From NCBI RefSeq assembly GCF_947568905.1, contig NC_079166.1:23126001-23190000 (forward strand): 64,000 nt of DNA. Direction: 5' to 3'. Positions within the stretch are counted from its first letter, which is position 1, and each line of letters begins with the position of its first letter. Below the pieces are notes generated by a model. It saw only the letters and a program-made list of their open reading frames with translations, made no database searches and was not told the origin of the DNA. This DNA comes from Ostrea edulis. Its lineage: Eukaryota. The position numbers and the translations under genes were made by a program. Shown one piece after another: positions 25,201 to 36,950 of the stretch.

Positions 25201-28200
25201 CCAGGGTATGAACAGTATTTTTTCTTTAATGAATTCAATACATACCATAGAAAATAATTCATATCTTGTGTTTTTATTCAACTTTTACCTTCAGTACTTC
25301 ATATTCTTTTTTTCCCACTAGTACTAGAAAAAAGATTACAAATATGAAACCTACTGCAGAAGCTACACCATCTAGCCGTTCTCGGAAACCAAAGAAGTGG
25401 TCAGATTCATTTTGTGATCCTTTGAAGTAAGAATTTTGTGCATCCACTATTAGATATATAAAATATAATGAAGTATACATTATGCATACTACATCTTTTT
25501 ACATTACTTCAACTTTGTGGACTAAGACTGAATACTTTTATATTGAATAAAACTCTTCCTGTGAAGAAATTACCCTATTTACTCTTAAATGCTGGGTTTG
25601 CACATTGTTAAATTTTATACTTCAAGTCTTGAATGTTGTACGAACATATATGAAAGTATATGAAACTTAGAGAAGTATATTTAATTTGTTTACATATATG
25701 AACCCCCACCCCCAAAGTCTTAAGTGTGCCATGTGCATGAATAGAACACATCTTGTATGTTGTAGCTTGTCCATTGACATCTCAGTACAAGACTCAGATT
25801 TAGAGGCAGTAGACTCAGAAGAGGATGACCCAAACTACCAGCCAAGTTTTGATGTCACAGCTATTCTGTAAGTATATGACAGTTTTCACATTAGGTTCAT
25901 AATTTTAATTTACACCCATGATATGTAAATATTTATTTATTTATTAGATGAAATGAACTTTTCTGATCACTTTTGTTTGTCCATCTTTTCAGAAACTTTG
26001 CTCATAACTTGCTCATAACTTGAATAGTTAGTGATAGGATTTCATATTTCATATGCACATTCCCTGTGAATAGGTACCAAAGTTCTTTACCAATTTATCT
26101 GGACCTTAGAGTTTAAACTACTTTTAAGAAAACTTAACCAAATCAATATTTTCTGACCTTAGGACTTTTGTATTTTGTATATAGATTTTTTATGGCAAGA
26201 TCTTTCAGGTGATACCATATTTGACCTTTTGACCTTGGAGTTTAACTTTTTAACAACCTGATCTACTCAATAACATCTGAGTTATTTTGTTAAACTTTCA
26301 TATTTTTATATAGATTTGTGGTAAGACCCATAATTTCTCACCACGATCTATGACCTTGACCTCTAGAACAGCAAGGTCATGCTAATCATATTAATGAGAC
26401 AGCTAAAGGACATACAAGAAACTCTAAAAAATGTAATACACAAAAATTAAGATTTAGAATTTATTTCATAAATAAGCTAAGACTTCCCAATGACATATTG
26501 AATATCCTCTATCTATTGAACATGTATTTGATATTGGAAAGACATGAATAAATGTTTCTTTAGAGTGTTATTTACATGAAATTAATTTATGTGTTAGACC
26601 AGATGATGTGAACAGTATGGCAGAAGATGTAGCCTATGAAGAGGTTGAGTTTGGGTTTGAGTTGCCTGGTAATGATGGTCAACTAGAAGGTCCAGATATT
26701 GAGATGGGAGTTCTTCCAGGCGTCCACAGAGTGTCCACAGAGGGAGAATGCAGAGATTTGACTACGGCTTTGAAATGTATTGCATTCGTTGATCAGATAA
26801 AGGAGTTGACCAAGATACATGTACCACGATGCACAGAACAATCATGCAATAAACCTACACAGATGAAGGAGTCTTATGTTGGATCTGCATTGCACTTGAA
26901 ATGGGTATTTATCAGTAATATTTTAGCTTTTAGTATTATTTAGCATATAAATGGAATTTGTTACTTGATCATATCAGTATTAAAAGATACATTTTTGTAA
27001 AGGAAATCTTAATTAGTTTTGGTTATTCATTGATTTTGTTACACACTGGACATTGGCAGTATATTCATTATTAAATGTATTTTTAGATTTGTGAAGAAGG
27101 CCATGTAAGTCACCACTGGTGTTCACAGCCTCAGTTAAACCGACGGCTACATAGTGGAGACTTCCTAATTTGTGGTTCCATCCTGACCTCTGGAAATAAT
27201 TATGGAAAATTGGCATTGTGGGCAGAGATGTTAAAACTGAAATTTCCCTCTGCAGACCAGTTTCATAGGATTTGCAGTACATATGTTATCCCAACCATTG
27301 ACAAATTCTGGAGTGATCATCGTCAAGAGCTGTTGAATGACTTCAAGGACAAAGAAGTTGTAGTTTTAGGTAAGAGTTTTCAAATTTCAATTGCCATTCA
27401 TTTCTTATCGAATGTCTGTGTATTTGTTTATACAACCCCTTTGGCTTGTACCTTTTTCAGGTGATGGCAGAAATGATTCACCAGGCCATTGTGCACAGTA
27501 TTGTTCATACACGTTAATGGACAACGAGACCAAAAAAATCCTGACCATTGAACCCCTAGATAAAAGGATGACTGATAGGAAGTCTGTCAACATGGAAAAA
27601 GCAGGATTTCAAATCGCCCTCAACGACCTGTTAGAAAAAGATATAAAGGTGGTAGAGGTGGTTACTGATGCACACCTGGGAATTGGTTCAGTAATGAGTA
27701 AGTATTTCATATAAATTTTCTCTATGGACTAGCAATTGATAAAATGTAAATGATTCTCTTTTCATAGCATTTACAACTTTTATTTCTATTTTCAGAGAAA
27801 GATTACCCAAATATACACCATTCCCATGATATATGGCATGTGGCAAAGAATTTGGGGAAGAAGATTTTGAAGGTTAGTAAATATAATGTTTTGGTGAGAG
27901 ATTAATTATCTTATTTCATAGTGATTCTCAAAATCATGAACAGTTTTAATCAGTAATTCATATTTTAGGTGGCTCAGAAGAAGGGGAATAATATATTATT
28001 GGATTGGTGTAAAGACATCATTAACCACTTTTGGTTTTCATGTCGTCGTGCAGAGTCGTATGAGGAATTCATGGTAAGACATATTGTGGAAAGTTAATGC
28101 ACATGTATTTGTCAATATTACAATTGAAGAAGCAAGTTCAATGTATACAAATTTGCATGGACTTTTTCCATTGGAAAAAGCAAACTTCTTCATGTACTGC

Positions 28201-30704
28201 ATATCAGTGTGTGCATTTTATTTCCAGGGCATATGGCGAAGTGTATTGCACCACATTACAGACACACATGAGTGGATTCTATCTCATGGGGGTGTTAACC
28301 ACTGTCTTCATGGAGAATTAGGTGAAGAGGAAAGGACAAAACCATGGTTGTCACCGACGAAGCATGCCCATGTATTAAAAGACCTAGCAGCTGTGGTGTT
28401 AAACAAAAGACTTTTGAACAATGTTGGATACTATTTGAGATTCAGGTAAAATGGAGTAATGAAATAATAGAATAGACTATTTTCTGTCTAAATAATTTGC
28501 TTGGGTTGCTTGAAAGGAGGGGGCATATTGGTTTGCATTTACTGGTCACTCAGTAGATGAGGTATTGTAAATACTGTACTGTTTTCCCCACTATTTATGC
28601 TTCTGTAGACAAGGTGTTTTTTTTGTAAAGGTGGTCCTCTGTTGTTTAAACAAGTATTGACTGCACAGGTCCTTGAAGATGACCTTAAAACCACTAAGTG
28701 TGGCATGCTAAAGAACTCTCACTGCTCAATGGCCGTAAGTGCTGAGCATAGGCCTAAATTTTGCAGCCCTTCACCAGTATTGATGACTCCTCCATATGGG
28801 AGAAAATTTCTTGAGAGGGATGTTGAACAAGATACAATCAATCAACAGTTGGGTTTCTGGATAATAACTCCAAAAATTTACAATCTAATAAAATGAAACT
28901 TTGATATATTGTTGGGTACCAGGTAAGGAAGAGCCCTATTGATTTTGGAGAAAAATGGTCAAAGGTCATGGTCACAGTGACCGAAAAAAGAATAAAAATT
29001 TCAGAAAGATTTGGTTTCCGGATGACAACTCAGAAAGTTTAAATCCGAATCAAATGATACTTTAAGATATTATTATGTACCAAGTAAGGAAGACCCCTAT
29101 TTACTTTGGAGAAAACAGATCAAAGGTAAAGGTCACAGTGACCGAAAATAGATTTAAAATTTCAACAACAAAAATGGTTTCCGAAGGATAACTCGAAAGT
29201 TGTTAATTTGAATGAAATGAAACTTGGATATAGTGTTGGATACCAGCAAAGCAAGACCACTAGTTTTTTGGGAGAAAAAAGGTCGAGGTCACAGTTACCG
29301 AAAATAGATTGAAATTTCAGACAAATATGGTTTCTGGACAGTAACTCGAAAACTTTAAAACTGAAATCAGTTCTTCACAATTGTAAATATGCCACATCAT
29401 TCCTGACTTTACAATATCCCATGCAACTCGACTCATGCACCCCTGGGTGCATATATTGATTTTTAACTTATCGATAAGTAGTCTGCTATTCCAATTTTCA
29501 AATTTTGGTATGAAGCAATTTCTGTAGGAGGAATGTAAATTTCAGCCTGTGGGCCTCTTGTCTAAAAATGTATCAATGGTACATGCATGTTGATGACGAA
29601 CATTGTTATTACATGAGAGTTCAATTTCAGAAGTACAGCTGAACTGGAAGGATTCCATCAGCACATTCTGATGTACTGTTCAAAACGACACGCCTATACC
29701 CCACCAGTCTATCGTGCCAGAAACAGACTTGCAGCACTGGATCACAATATGAACTCAGACCGTCCAGTGCAGAAAAACAAAGATGGAAAAATAAGGTAAT
29801 CTTAGGGATGTACAAGTATCCGGTCTGTCAAAAAAAAGGGGGGGGGGCGTACCACTATGGTATACTGTTGTCTGTCTGTTCAGACATTGTAGGTAAATTG
29901 TAGAATGAACCATAAGCTCCAGGATCTTTCAACTTGGTACATTTGATCATCTTGAGGAGAGGAAGATTTCCATTGTTTTTCAAGGTCAAGGTCGTATAAG
30001 TTGATAGGAGAATCTTGTAAGCAGGATACAGACTACACCGTTGGGGCTAGGACCATCAAACACGATATACATACACCTTATGCAGAGGATGTCTATTATT
30101 CCTCAAGGTCAACGTTATGGTTTCACTTAGTAGAAAAACTTTGTTTTCATTTTCCAAAATTTGGTCAGAACCTCCCTCTCAGAGAAATACAAAATTGTTC
30201 ACATTTTAACATGATTGATGCACTGTGACCTACTTTAGGGATTAAGTAGGTTTAAAGAGTGTTATGGATTTCTTCTTGTCTTACATACAAATATTGCACT
30301 GAAGGTCCAATAGACGTATATTGTACTGTTTGCTGTACGCCTTGTTTATGAGATCATTGATGCAATATGAATTGATTGAATGATTACAACAATGTTTTAT
30401 TATACCAAATACATGATGTTGAGCATTCTCTAATTATGTGACTTTTTTATTTAATAGGTACCATCGTGTATTTAATAAAAAAAAAAGTGGGAGATGGACA
30501 GTGCATGCCATGAGGGAAAGGAAAAAATATGAGTATATGTCATCTCTATTGTGCGATGCTGTAAAATTGAGGATTAATGACAGAGTGGGCATGAAAAAAA
30601 CTGTGTTGGCACCAGATGATCCCAGATTAATTGCAAAACATCTGGCACCCGTAGAAACACCTCCAACTGAAGAACTTGTGTTGCAGCAGAAATCACGATT
30701 TTGA
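22253..30704 (+). CDS. DDE transposase of Kolobok/Mutator-like fold (723 aa, 12 exons)
   Basis: Exons 22253-22470, 22844-23002, 25152-25205, 25766-25867, 26598-26904, 27087-27369, 27461-27697, 27796-27872, 27969-28073, 28228-28445, 29631-29795 and 30458-30704. Total 2172 nt, all GT-AG, no stops. Motifs GDGRNDSPGH (D), VTDAH (D), HDIWH (DxxH) and STAELEGFH (E). Exons 3-4 are the least certain. Confidence 0.85.
25930..26400. repeat. Degenerate oyster-type interspersed repeat (ttttctgatcac... gaccttgacct motifs) in a transposase intron
   Basis: Motifs similar to those at 29830-30110, 30860-31000 and 31180-31820. Boundaries are approximate. Confidence 0.45.
28501..29460 (+). mobile_element. Helentron-associated (HINE/pearl-like) element with three ~162-bp internal repeats
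   Basis: Repeats start at 28894, 29055 and 29218 (ggtcaaaggtcaaggtcacagtgacc core). Subterminal inverted motif gggttgcttg / catgcaactc. 3' hairpin tgcacccctgggtgca. Confidence 0.65.
28668..28843 (+). mobile_element. 5'-truncated SINE fragment nested in the HINE-like element
   Basis: Matches the body and (CAAT)n tail of the SINEs at 51741-52383. Confidence 0.8.
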
Positions 30705-31179
30705 ACTGCCACGGAAATTAAATGTGAATTTTATATTGTAAAGAAATGTGAAATTATACTTAGTATAGTACATGTATTGCAGCAATATCTAATTGAAATT
30801 ATATCATGTAAAATCTACATCTGTCTCAATCTTGTAACAAACCCATTTTACACATTGCAACTTTTCTGATCACATGTTGTCCATCTTCCTTGTAAACTTT
30901 ACTCTAGACCAATATATGGGGATTTACATTAGTTCAAATGAAAGGCCCTGTCCACCCCTGAAGAACTAATGGGATAGAAAAAATGAAACTTGGGTAAAAC
31001 CACCTTGACATTGTTTACATTCTATGATGTTTAAATCGGATCAAAGTTTTCCCCAAGTATATTTAGGATATAATTTCTTTGGATTGCCAAACGAGTTGTT
31101 TATCACTATGAAAAAAAAATAACCAGTTCTATTTCTTTTCAACCAATGGGGGTAGGGGTTTGATTCATGTACTTTACAT

Positions 31180-31820
31180 GTATATGCCTCATGAGTAGGC
31201 CTTTCATTCTTATCTTCAAAGAAATGGGGCATACTGCTTTGCACCTGGCGGTTGGTCAGTAGATCACGTTGGCTCAAAATCATGAGAACCATTCAATTGA
31301 TCGTTATGATATTTCGTGTGTGGGTTGGTTATGAGAGAAGGACCCCTATTGTTTATCAGGTCAAGGGTCAATCTACCCTGAACATAAGAAGACACTGTTC
31401 ACTCAATATCTTGAGAACGCTTTGCTTGACAGACATCAAACGTAGTACACTGTTACATCTTCAGGAGAAGATAACCCCTATTGATTTTGAGGTCACATGG
31501 TCAAACTGGACTTGGGAATATATTGTTCACTCATGTGAGAATCCTTTGCTCAACAGACATCAAAATTTGTACATCTTCAGAAGATGACCCCTAATGATTT
31601 GAGGTCAAACTGGACATAGTAATATATTGTCTCCTATATTTTCAGAATTATTTGTTTGATCGACACCAAACTTGGTACAGCATACGGAGCACATAACCCC
31701 TATTGAATTTTAGGTCATGTGGTCAATCCACTCCTGGCATAGGAAAACATTGCTCATTATTTTGAATTGGTGATACTATCAATAAAATGATGCATGTGTA
31801 TAACCCTTTCCAATTTTGCA
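31180..31820 (+). repeat. Degenerate HINE-like element with internal tandem units
   Basis: Repeated acccctattgattttgaggtca units. The 3' end ttgcaccattggggc resembles the hairpin end of 28501-29460. Confidence 0.5.
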
Positions 31821-32636
31821 CCATTGGGGCATATGAGTTTTACAAACATCTCTGGTGTTTGAAGACTTCATCTAGTGACCTAATATTCAATACTGCATAT
31901 TTGATATTTCCATGGGAGATAGGGCTTTGATACTTCAAATAAAAAGTGCTACTGACCAGACCTTTATTTTGGTACCAAGGCCTTTGACCTTGCGGCCATG
32001 GACTTCTACCCACTTTTGACTCAAAGGAAATACAAGTAGTCATTTGCCACCCCCTGTTGAGGTTTGTCTTCTCAAGGAAAGCAAGGCCTATAATAGGCAA
32101 GCAGTTTTAGGTAGTGCAGATGACATGATCACTTTGTTTAGTCAAAGGTCAAAAGTTACCAAGACTTATGATTTGTATAACATTTCAGAAACGGGATGAT
32201 TATGCTTGGAGCATTCATACTATGAGAGGATAATGAAAATGGTCATAAAACAATGTCATACCTTGCCTGTCAACTTCATTGATTAATTAACATTTACATT
32301 GTAACAACACCAAAATTTAAAAGACCTAGAAAATTTATTCTTGTTACAACAATTTCTTCAATCTTTTACCACAACAGATTATTGATAAAGATATGAACAA
32401 TGTGTAAAAAATCAAAAGTGACTGATAATAGTTCCATTTTACTAAGATATAGGTAAATTTTTAAACATGGCTACGAGGATGTAAAAATATTTCAACTTCA
32501 TAGTTGCAATACCAAAAAAAAAAAAATCTAGGATATTTATAGAGAATAACAATATTGGACTAGCAGTATTAAAATAATATACAACTGGCTATCATAATTT
32601 TAAGGTTAGTATATATACAATTACATTTACAAACAC

Positions 32637-32667
<31 letters not shown>

Positions 32668-32681
32668 TTGGCTATGTACAT

Positions 32682-34471
32682 TTATATTCGCCCTGCAACA
32701 AATCCAGTGTATTGACCAAAAGGGTCAGGAAACTTGTCTCTAATAGACCAAACCGCGCAGGATGGAATGACCCGTCTGTCCCCTGCACCTAGTCTGCCAT
32801 AGGTCCACAAGATATACTGTCGGTACGCTTGGTGACGGTTGCCTTTTCTCTCGTCCACTTCATCATTGAAGACCAAAATGTCTCTCCTATATAGTCTGGC
32901 AAGGGCTAGCACAGCTTCATCGAGAATTAGCACCGAGAAGTCCTATAGAAGAAATTACATGTAGTTCTTTAGAATCTTTTTAGAAACATCGGTGTGATAA
33001 AGATGTGTTGTGTTGTAATGTGGTATGAAAATTATATTTCTAATTATCTCATGAGGAAGTAAATTGAAAGCAATATATATGTGAACTGACCAATACAAAA
33101 CTCAGCAATGATACAATCCATCTTCAAAATTCTTGTATACAATTTTAAAAAAAACAAAAAACTAAAAATGTTTACAAAGTATGTACTCTAATGATCACAC
33201 ATCTTACTGGTAAAAGAGTTATGCATTGCTCTTTCCCACAGCACACTTTCTCCCTTTCTGTTGGCATCTGCCGGCAATTTCCACAAACACACCAGTTTGG
33301 GCAAGTCCCGCCAGGTTGTGGGTGGTAGCCCCCTTGTTGGGTAGGAGGATGCATGATATCGTGAACTAGACCAGGTTGTTTTTCTGCCATCGTTAGGCAC
33401 AGTTCTCGAAGTTCATCCACCTCCATAATTGAAATGTGTTCCTACAATATAAATCATACATAAATGTGTAGATCTAATAGGGTATATGGCAATGTCATTT
33501 TTTCAGTAACTTGTATATTATTGTGTACAAATCTATTTTGCATATGTTTGTTGCTTACCCGTAAAACTTCACTCCTTCTATTGATTTGATCAAGGGCAAC
33601 TTCATCTCTTGATGGTCCTCCTCCTCTACCTCTTCCCCTGCCTCCTCTACCTCTCCCCCTGCCTCCTCTGCCTCTTCCTCGAACACCTCTCCCCCTTCCA
33701 CGGTTTCTGCCCCTACCTCTCACTTGACCTTGAACATCTATCTCTTCATCACTGCTCTGTATAGTTGTGGTACTAGAACTCTCCTGAAAATTGGCAAAAA
33801 GAGCCCATGTGATTATTATTTATTGGGTTGAGATAATAGGTGGGGTGAGGATTGTAAGGACAATGCTATAGAATTAGGTGGATAACAAGTGATTTTGAAT
33901 CTCCCATTCTACTATCACAAATTGGGCACATGGGTTTTAATGTGTATGTTGCTGGGAAGGGGTCATCCGGAAGAGAAGTAGTTTCTTTAAAAATATTTTA
34001 ATCAATGAATGCCCATACTTCACTAAATAATTTTTATTCAAAACTTTCCAACTTGCTTTAGACCCATTTTATTATACATGTACAACTGTCATTAGGTATG
34101 GGGGGGGGGGGGGGTATATATCTTTCATATATCCAAACATAACAAATGATGGCTATTTTCGAAAACGTATCCCCTCCCCCAATTATACGTGCCTGTGTCT
34201 CTAATTAATCAGACTAAAATCTGTAAAGTTCTAAAAATAAAATATAAACAAACAAGCGTGGCAAGACGTATGACAGACGCTATTTTTGGTAGAAGAGTTC
34301 AAGTCATTCATTTTGGATATTTTCAACCAATTCTTGGATATGTGCATATCTAATTAATAATTAGTGTTTTGCACATGATCTACTAAAACTAATTTAATCG
34401 GAATGGTTCTTATTCCAATATATACAAAAGATTACTCAAAGTGAAATAACGTCAATACTTACCGACGCCAT
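32682..34471 (-). CDS. KolX-like protein: RGG/RG tract plus P2X7 cytoplasmic-ballast-like Cys-rich domain (242 aa, 4 exons)
   Basis: Exons 34471-34463 (MAS), 33783-33559 (RG/RGG repeats), 33441-33208 (PNWCVCGNCRQMPTEREKVCCGKEQCIT) and 32942-32682 (RHQAYRQYILWTYGRLGAGDRRVIPSCAVWSIRDKFPDPFGQYTGF). Total 729 nt, all phase-0 GT-AG introns. Confidence 0.85.
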
Positions 34472-35054
34472 TGTTTTCTCTGTAATCACGTGTTTAAAAG
34501 GCGCGCGCTATGCATACATTATGCAAATAGGTTAACCGAAGATTTCCGAGAGTTAAATATTGGTCAGAAATGAAGAACTTATTGTGACCAATTTCTTTCT
34601 TTCGGGATGAAATCAATTAGTTTACGCTACATAACTTGTTATAAACCGCCATTATAGATACACTAACTATGTTACTTTGGAAAGGAAAAAAAATTGATTA
34701 CGAGTACGTATGTACCTTTAAGTATTAATACGATTTAGTCCAGGATGTTTGTTATAGTAAATCAAAATTCTTTTTTTTTTTTACCCCGTTAGATGGAAAA
34801 ATGACATTGTTGGTGAAGAAATTCATCAGAAGTACACATACAATGTATATCTCAATTAAAAACGTATTAAGCAAAACTGCATATCCTTACAACCAAATAT
34901 ATTATCACAGAGACTTTTGTCACATTTACATTCCATTTGACAATCAGCGCCGTAATTAGGATACCGGCAAGGTAGACTACAGGACGGTCCATAAAACCCA
35001 TGTGGACAACCATTTCCTAGATCTGGAAATATATGTTTTGTATTTATTATGTTA

Positions 35055-35101
<47 letters not shown>

Positions 35102-36369
35102 ACACACACACACACACATACATGCACACATACTTTCGAAATGTTGATGTTTCCTCCAAACAATTTAGTAAGTTAGAAATATTTGGTGGCATATTTACAT
35201 CATCGAAACCTTCCAGCGGTTGAGTGATAAATCCCTAAATTCAAATGAAATAAGCGATGTGTGATTAGGAAGTATTGAAAGATCTCTCTAGTTACTTATA
35301 AGTAATTGCCTAGTGATAGATAAAATACCTTTATTTACTTTGGGACATCCATAAACATGATGACACTCGGTTGAGTTACACGCGCATATAGACTGGCAGT
35401 AGGCACCATACTTTGGAAATGGGCATCCATGGATTTCATTAGCTGACGCCCTGATGTCGTGAAAATAAACAAAGAAACACAGATCGTTACTAATTACAAA
35501 GCATTAATCATACCATTAGTGAAATCAAAATATGGCATTCTAAAGAATAATTAGACATGACACGAAAATATTTCTTACCCATAGGAAGAGGCAGTTATGG
35601 AATATATGAGGACAAGAATGAATCATGCAATCATCATTCATTTCGTGTTCTCTGATTATGAACTTCTTTCCAGAGTGACGGAAATGACGCCCCTGACTGA
35701 AAATTATATTAATTCATTTCCTTCCGTAATATATGACAATTAGCTGTTAAATAGATATATTGGAAAATGATCTCTCGAGTTTTTTTTTTGTTTTTTTTTT
35801 TTTTTTTTTTTTTTAGATGGTAGAAAATTCAAGGAATCCTATTTTTTCATTCAGCGAGATAACTTTGTTATGAATTCTGTCAACGATTACGCCAGATGAT
35901 AAACTAAATATGAAAGGAAATACATTGATATATTATCAGAGTGGATAAAAAAGTAAAGAAGAAATATTGAAAGTTCGTATTATAGAACTAAAATACGAAT
36001 CACCTACCCTTCTGCGATTCTATAACTAAAACAGATTAATTTTAAAGCGTACATGCAGTGCTTTAGGCTATCCCGTTTCAAGAGAATTAGATGCGCTACA
36101 CGATCATTAACTAAGTGAAATATGGACTTTAAACATGATTATGAAAAGAAATATAACATCGAGTGTTTTGTCAGCAGTTTGCCTCATTTCAAAGATTGAT
36201 TATACATAGAACATATTCCTGCATATCTAATCAGTTGGGTAGAATAAACATACGCGGATGATATCGGAACAAAGTTTTATAAACATTTGGAGTATGGGAT
36301 AAAAAGATTGCAATTCAATCTATTTGTTATTAAGTCAAATGCTGTACAACATTATCATATCAATAGGTA

Positions 36370-36950
36370 TACAATTCTTTACAAACCGAATTTTACTACC
36401 GATTACTTCATTTACCTGATCAAGACATAGGATCACAACGGATGTGAACGATTACCAGATCGTGCTTACTAATCCTTCCTGAATAGGGAATGTAGAGTAT
36501 GAATTGGATTACCAAATGGGGAAGGATAGAAAATGTCTTTTGAAAAAGATTTGTAAGCATGGGCCTTGAAAGCGGATCTGCTTAGGTAGGTGTTAACTAG
36601 AACCGGTGTATGTGCATATTCCTCGTGTAACAGTAGTTTTAAGTGCCTCGATTAAAGTCAGCATTTTGCGGTCGTTCTTGCAATCTAATTTACCAATACA
36701 ACCAGACATTTGGTAAAATTCTGTCTGACATATTTAATAATGTTTATTTTGACTGCGGAATTCTCCATTTACAGGATCAAGATATAGTACTCACGACGAG
36801 TGTGATCGGTCGACAGGGGATGTTTATTCCTCCTAGGCAACTGATCCCACCTCTGTTATATCCAAGGGTCCGTATTTCCCGCACCCTTAATTTTGTATTT
36901 TATGGGAGTTACACGAGATTGATCACTGTTCATTATATTTACCGTTCACA
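36370..36950 (+). mobile_element. Degenerate Naiad-type 3'-end fragments (about 36370-36470 and 36645-36950)
   Basis: Motifs tttacctgatcaaga, gtgaccggtcgacaggggatg and gattgatcactgttc. Further fragments at about 9325-9500, 12210-12300, 43920-44030, 52385-52490 and 53370-53560. Confidence 0.7.

Larger units (their letters stand above)
22009..34717 (+). mobile_element. Kolobok-like DNA transposon, 12,709 bp, two convergent genes
   Basis: TTAA at 22005-22008 and 34718-34721. Termini AGATGCATATG vs (reverse complement) AGGTACATACG match 8/11, all mismatches being transitions. The DDE transposase plus P2X7-ballast-like second gene arrangement matches my recollection of Kolobok/KolX. Confidence 0.75.
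20698..35637 (-). pseudogene. Paralog of gene A (gene B): signal peptide, two EGF-like modules, TM; in-frame stop in exon 1; Kolobok-like element in predicted last intron
   Basis: Exons 35637-35579 (MMIA*FILVLIYSITASSYG; TGA at 35625-35623), 35450-35329 (GCPFPKYGAYCQSICACNSTECHHVYGC), 35022-34891 (CPHGFYGPSCSLPCRYPNYGADCQMECKCDKSLCDNIFG) and 20867-20698 (TM GTIGMVCVTFILFSMYCLLVV). Phases are compatible. Linkage of the last exon across 14 kb is inferred. Confidence 0.55.

Noticed and set aside
28894-29380. CRISPR-like or other prokaryotic repeat array
   Set aside because: The units are ~162-bp diverged satellite-type repeats without unique spacers, in a clearly eukaryotic intron.
12886-34890. 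Splicing gene B EGF exons onto gene A to make one long MEGF gene
   Set aside because: Gene A has its own signal-peptide exon, and joining 34891 to the acceptors upstream of it gives a stop. A separate TM exon exists at 20.8 kb.
35513-35538. Possible 26-nt microexon in gene B
   Set aside because: It would need a weak alternative acceptor downstream. The simpler direct splice already keeps the frame.
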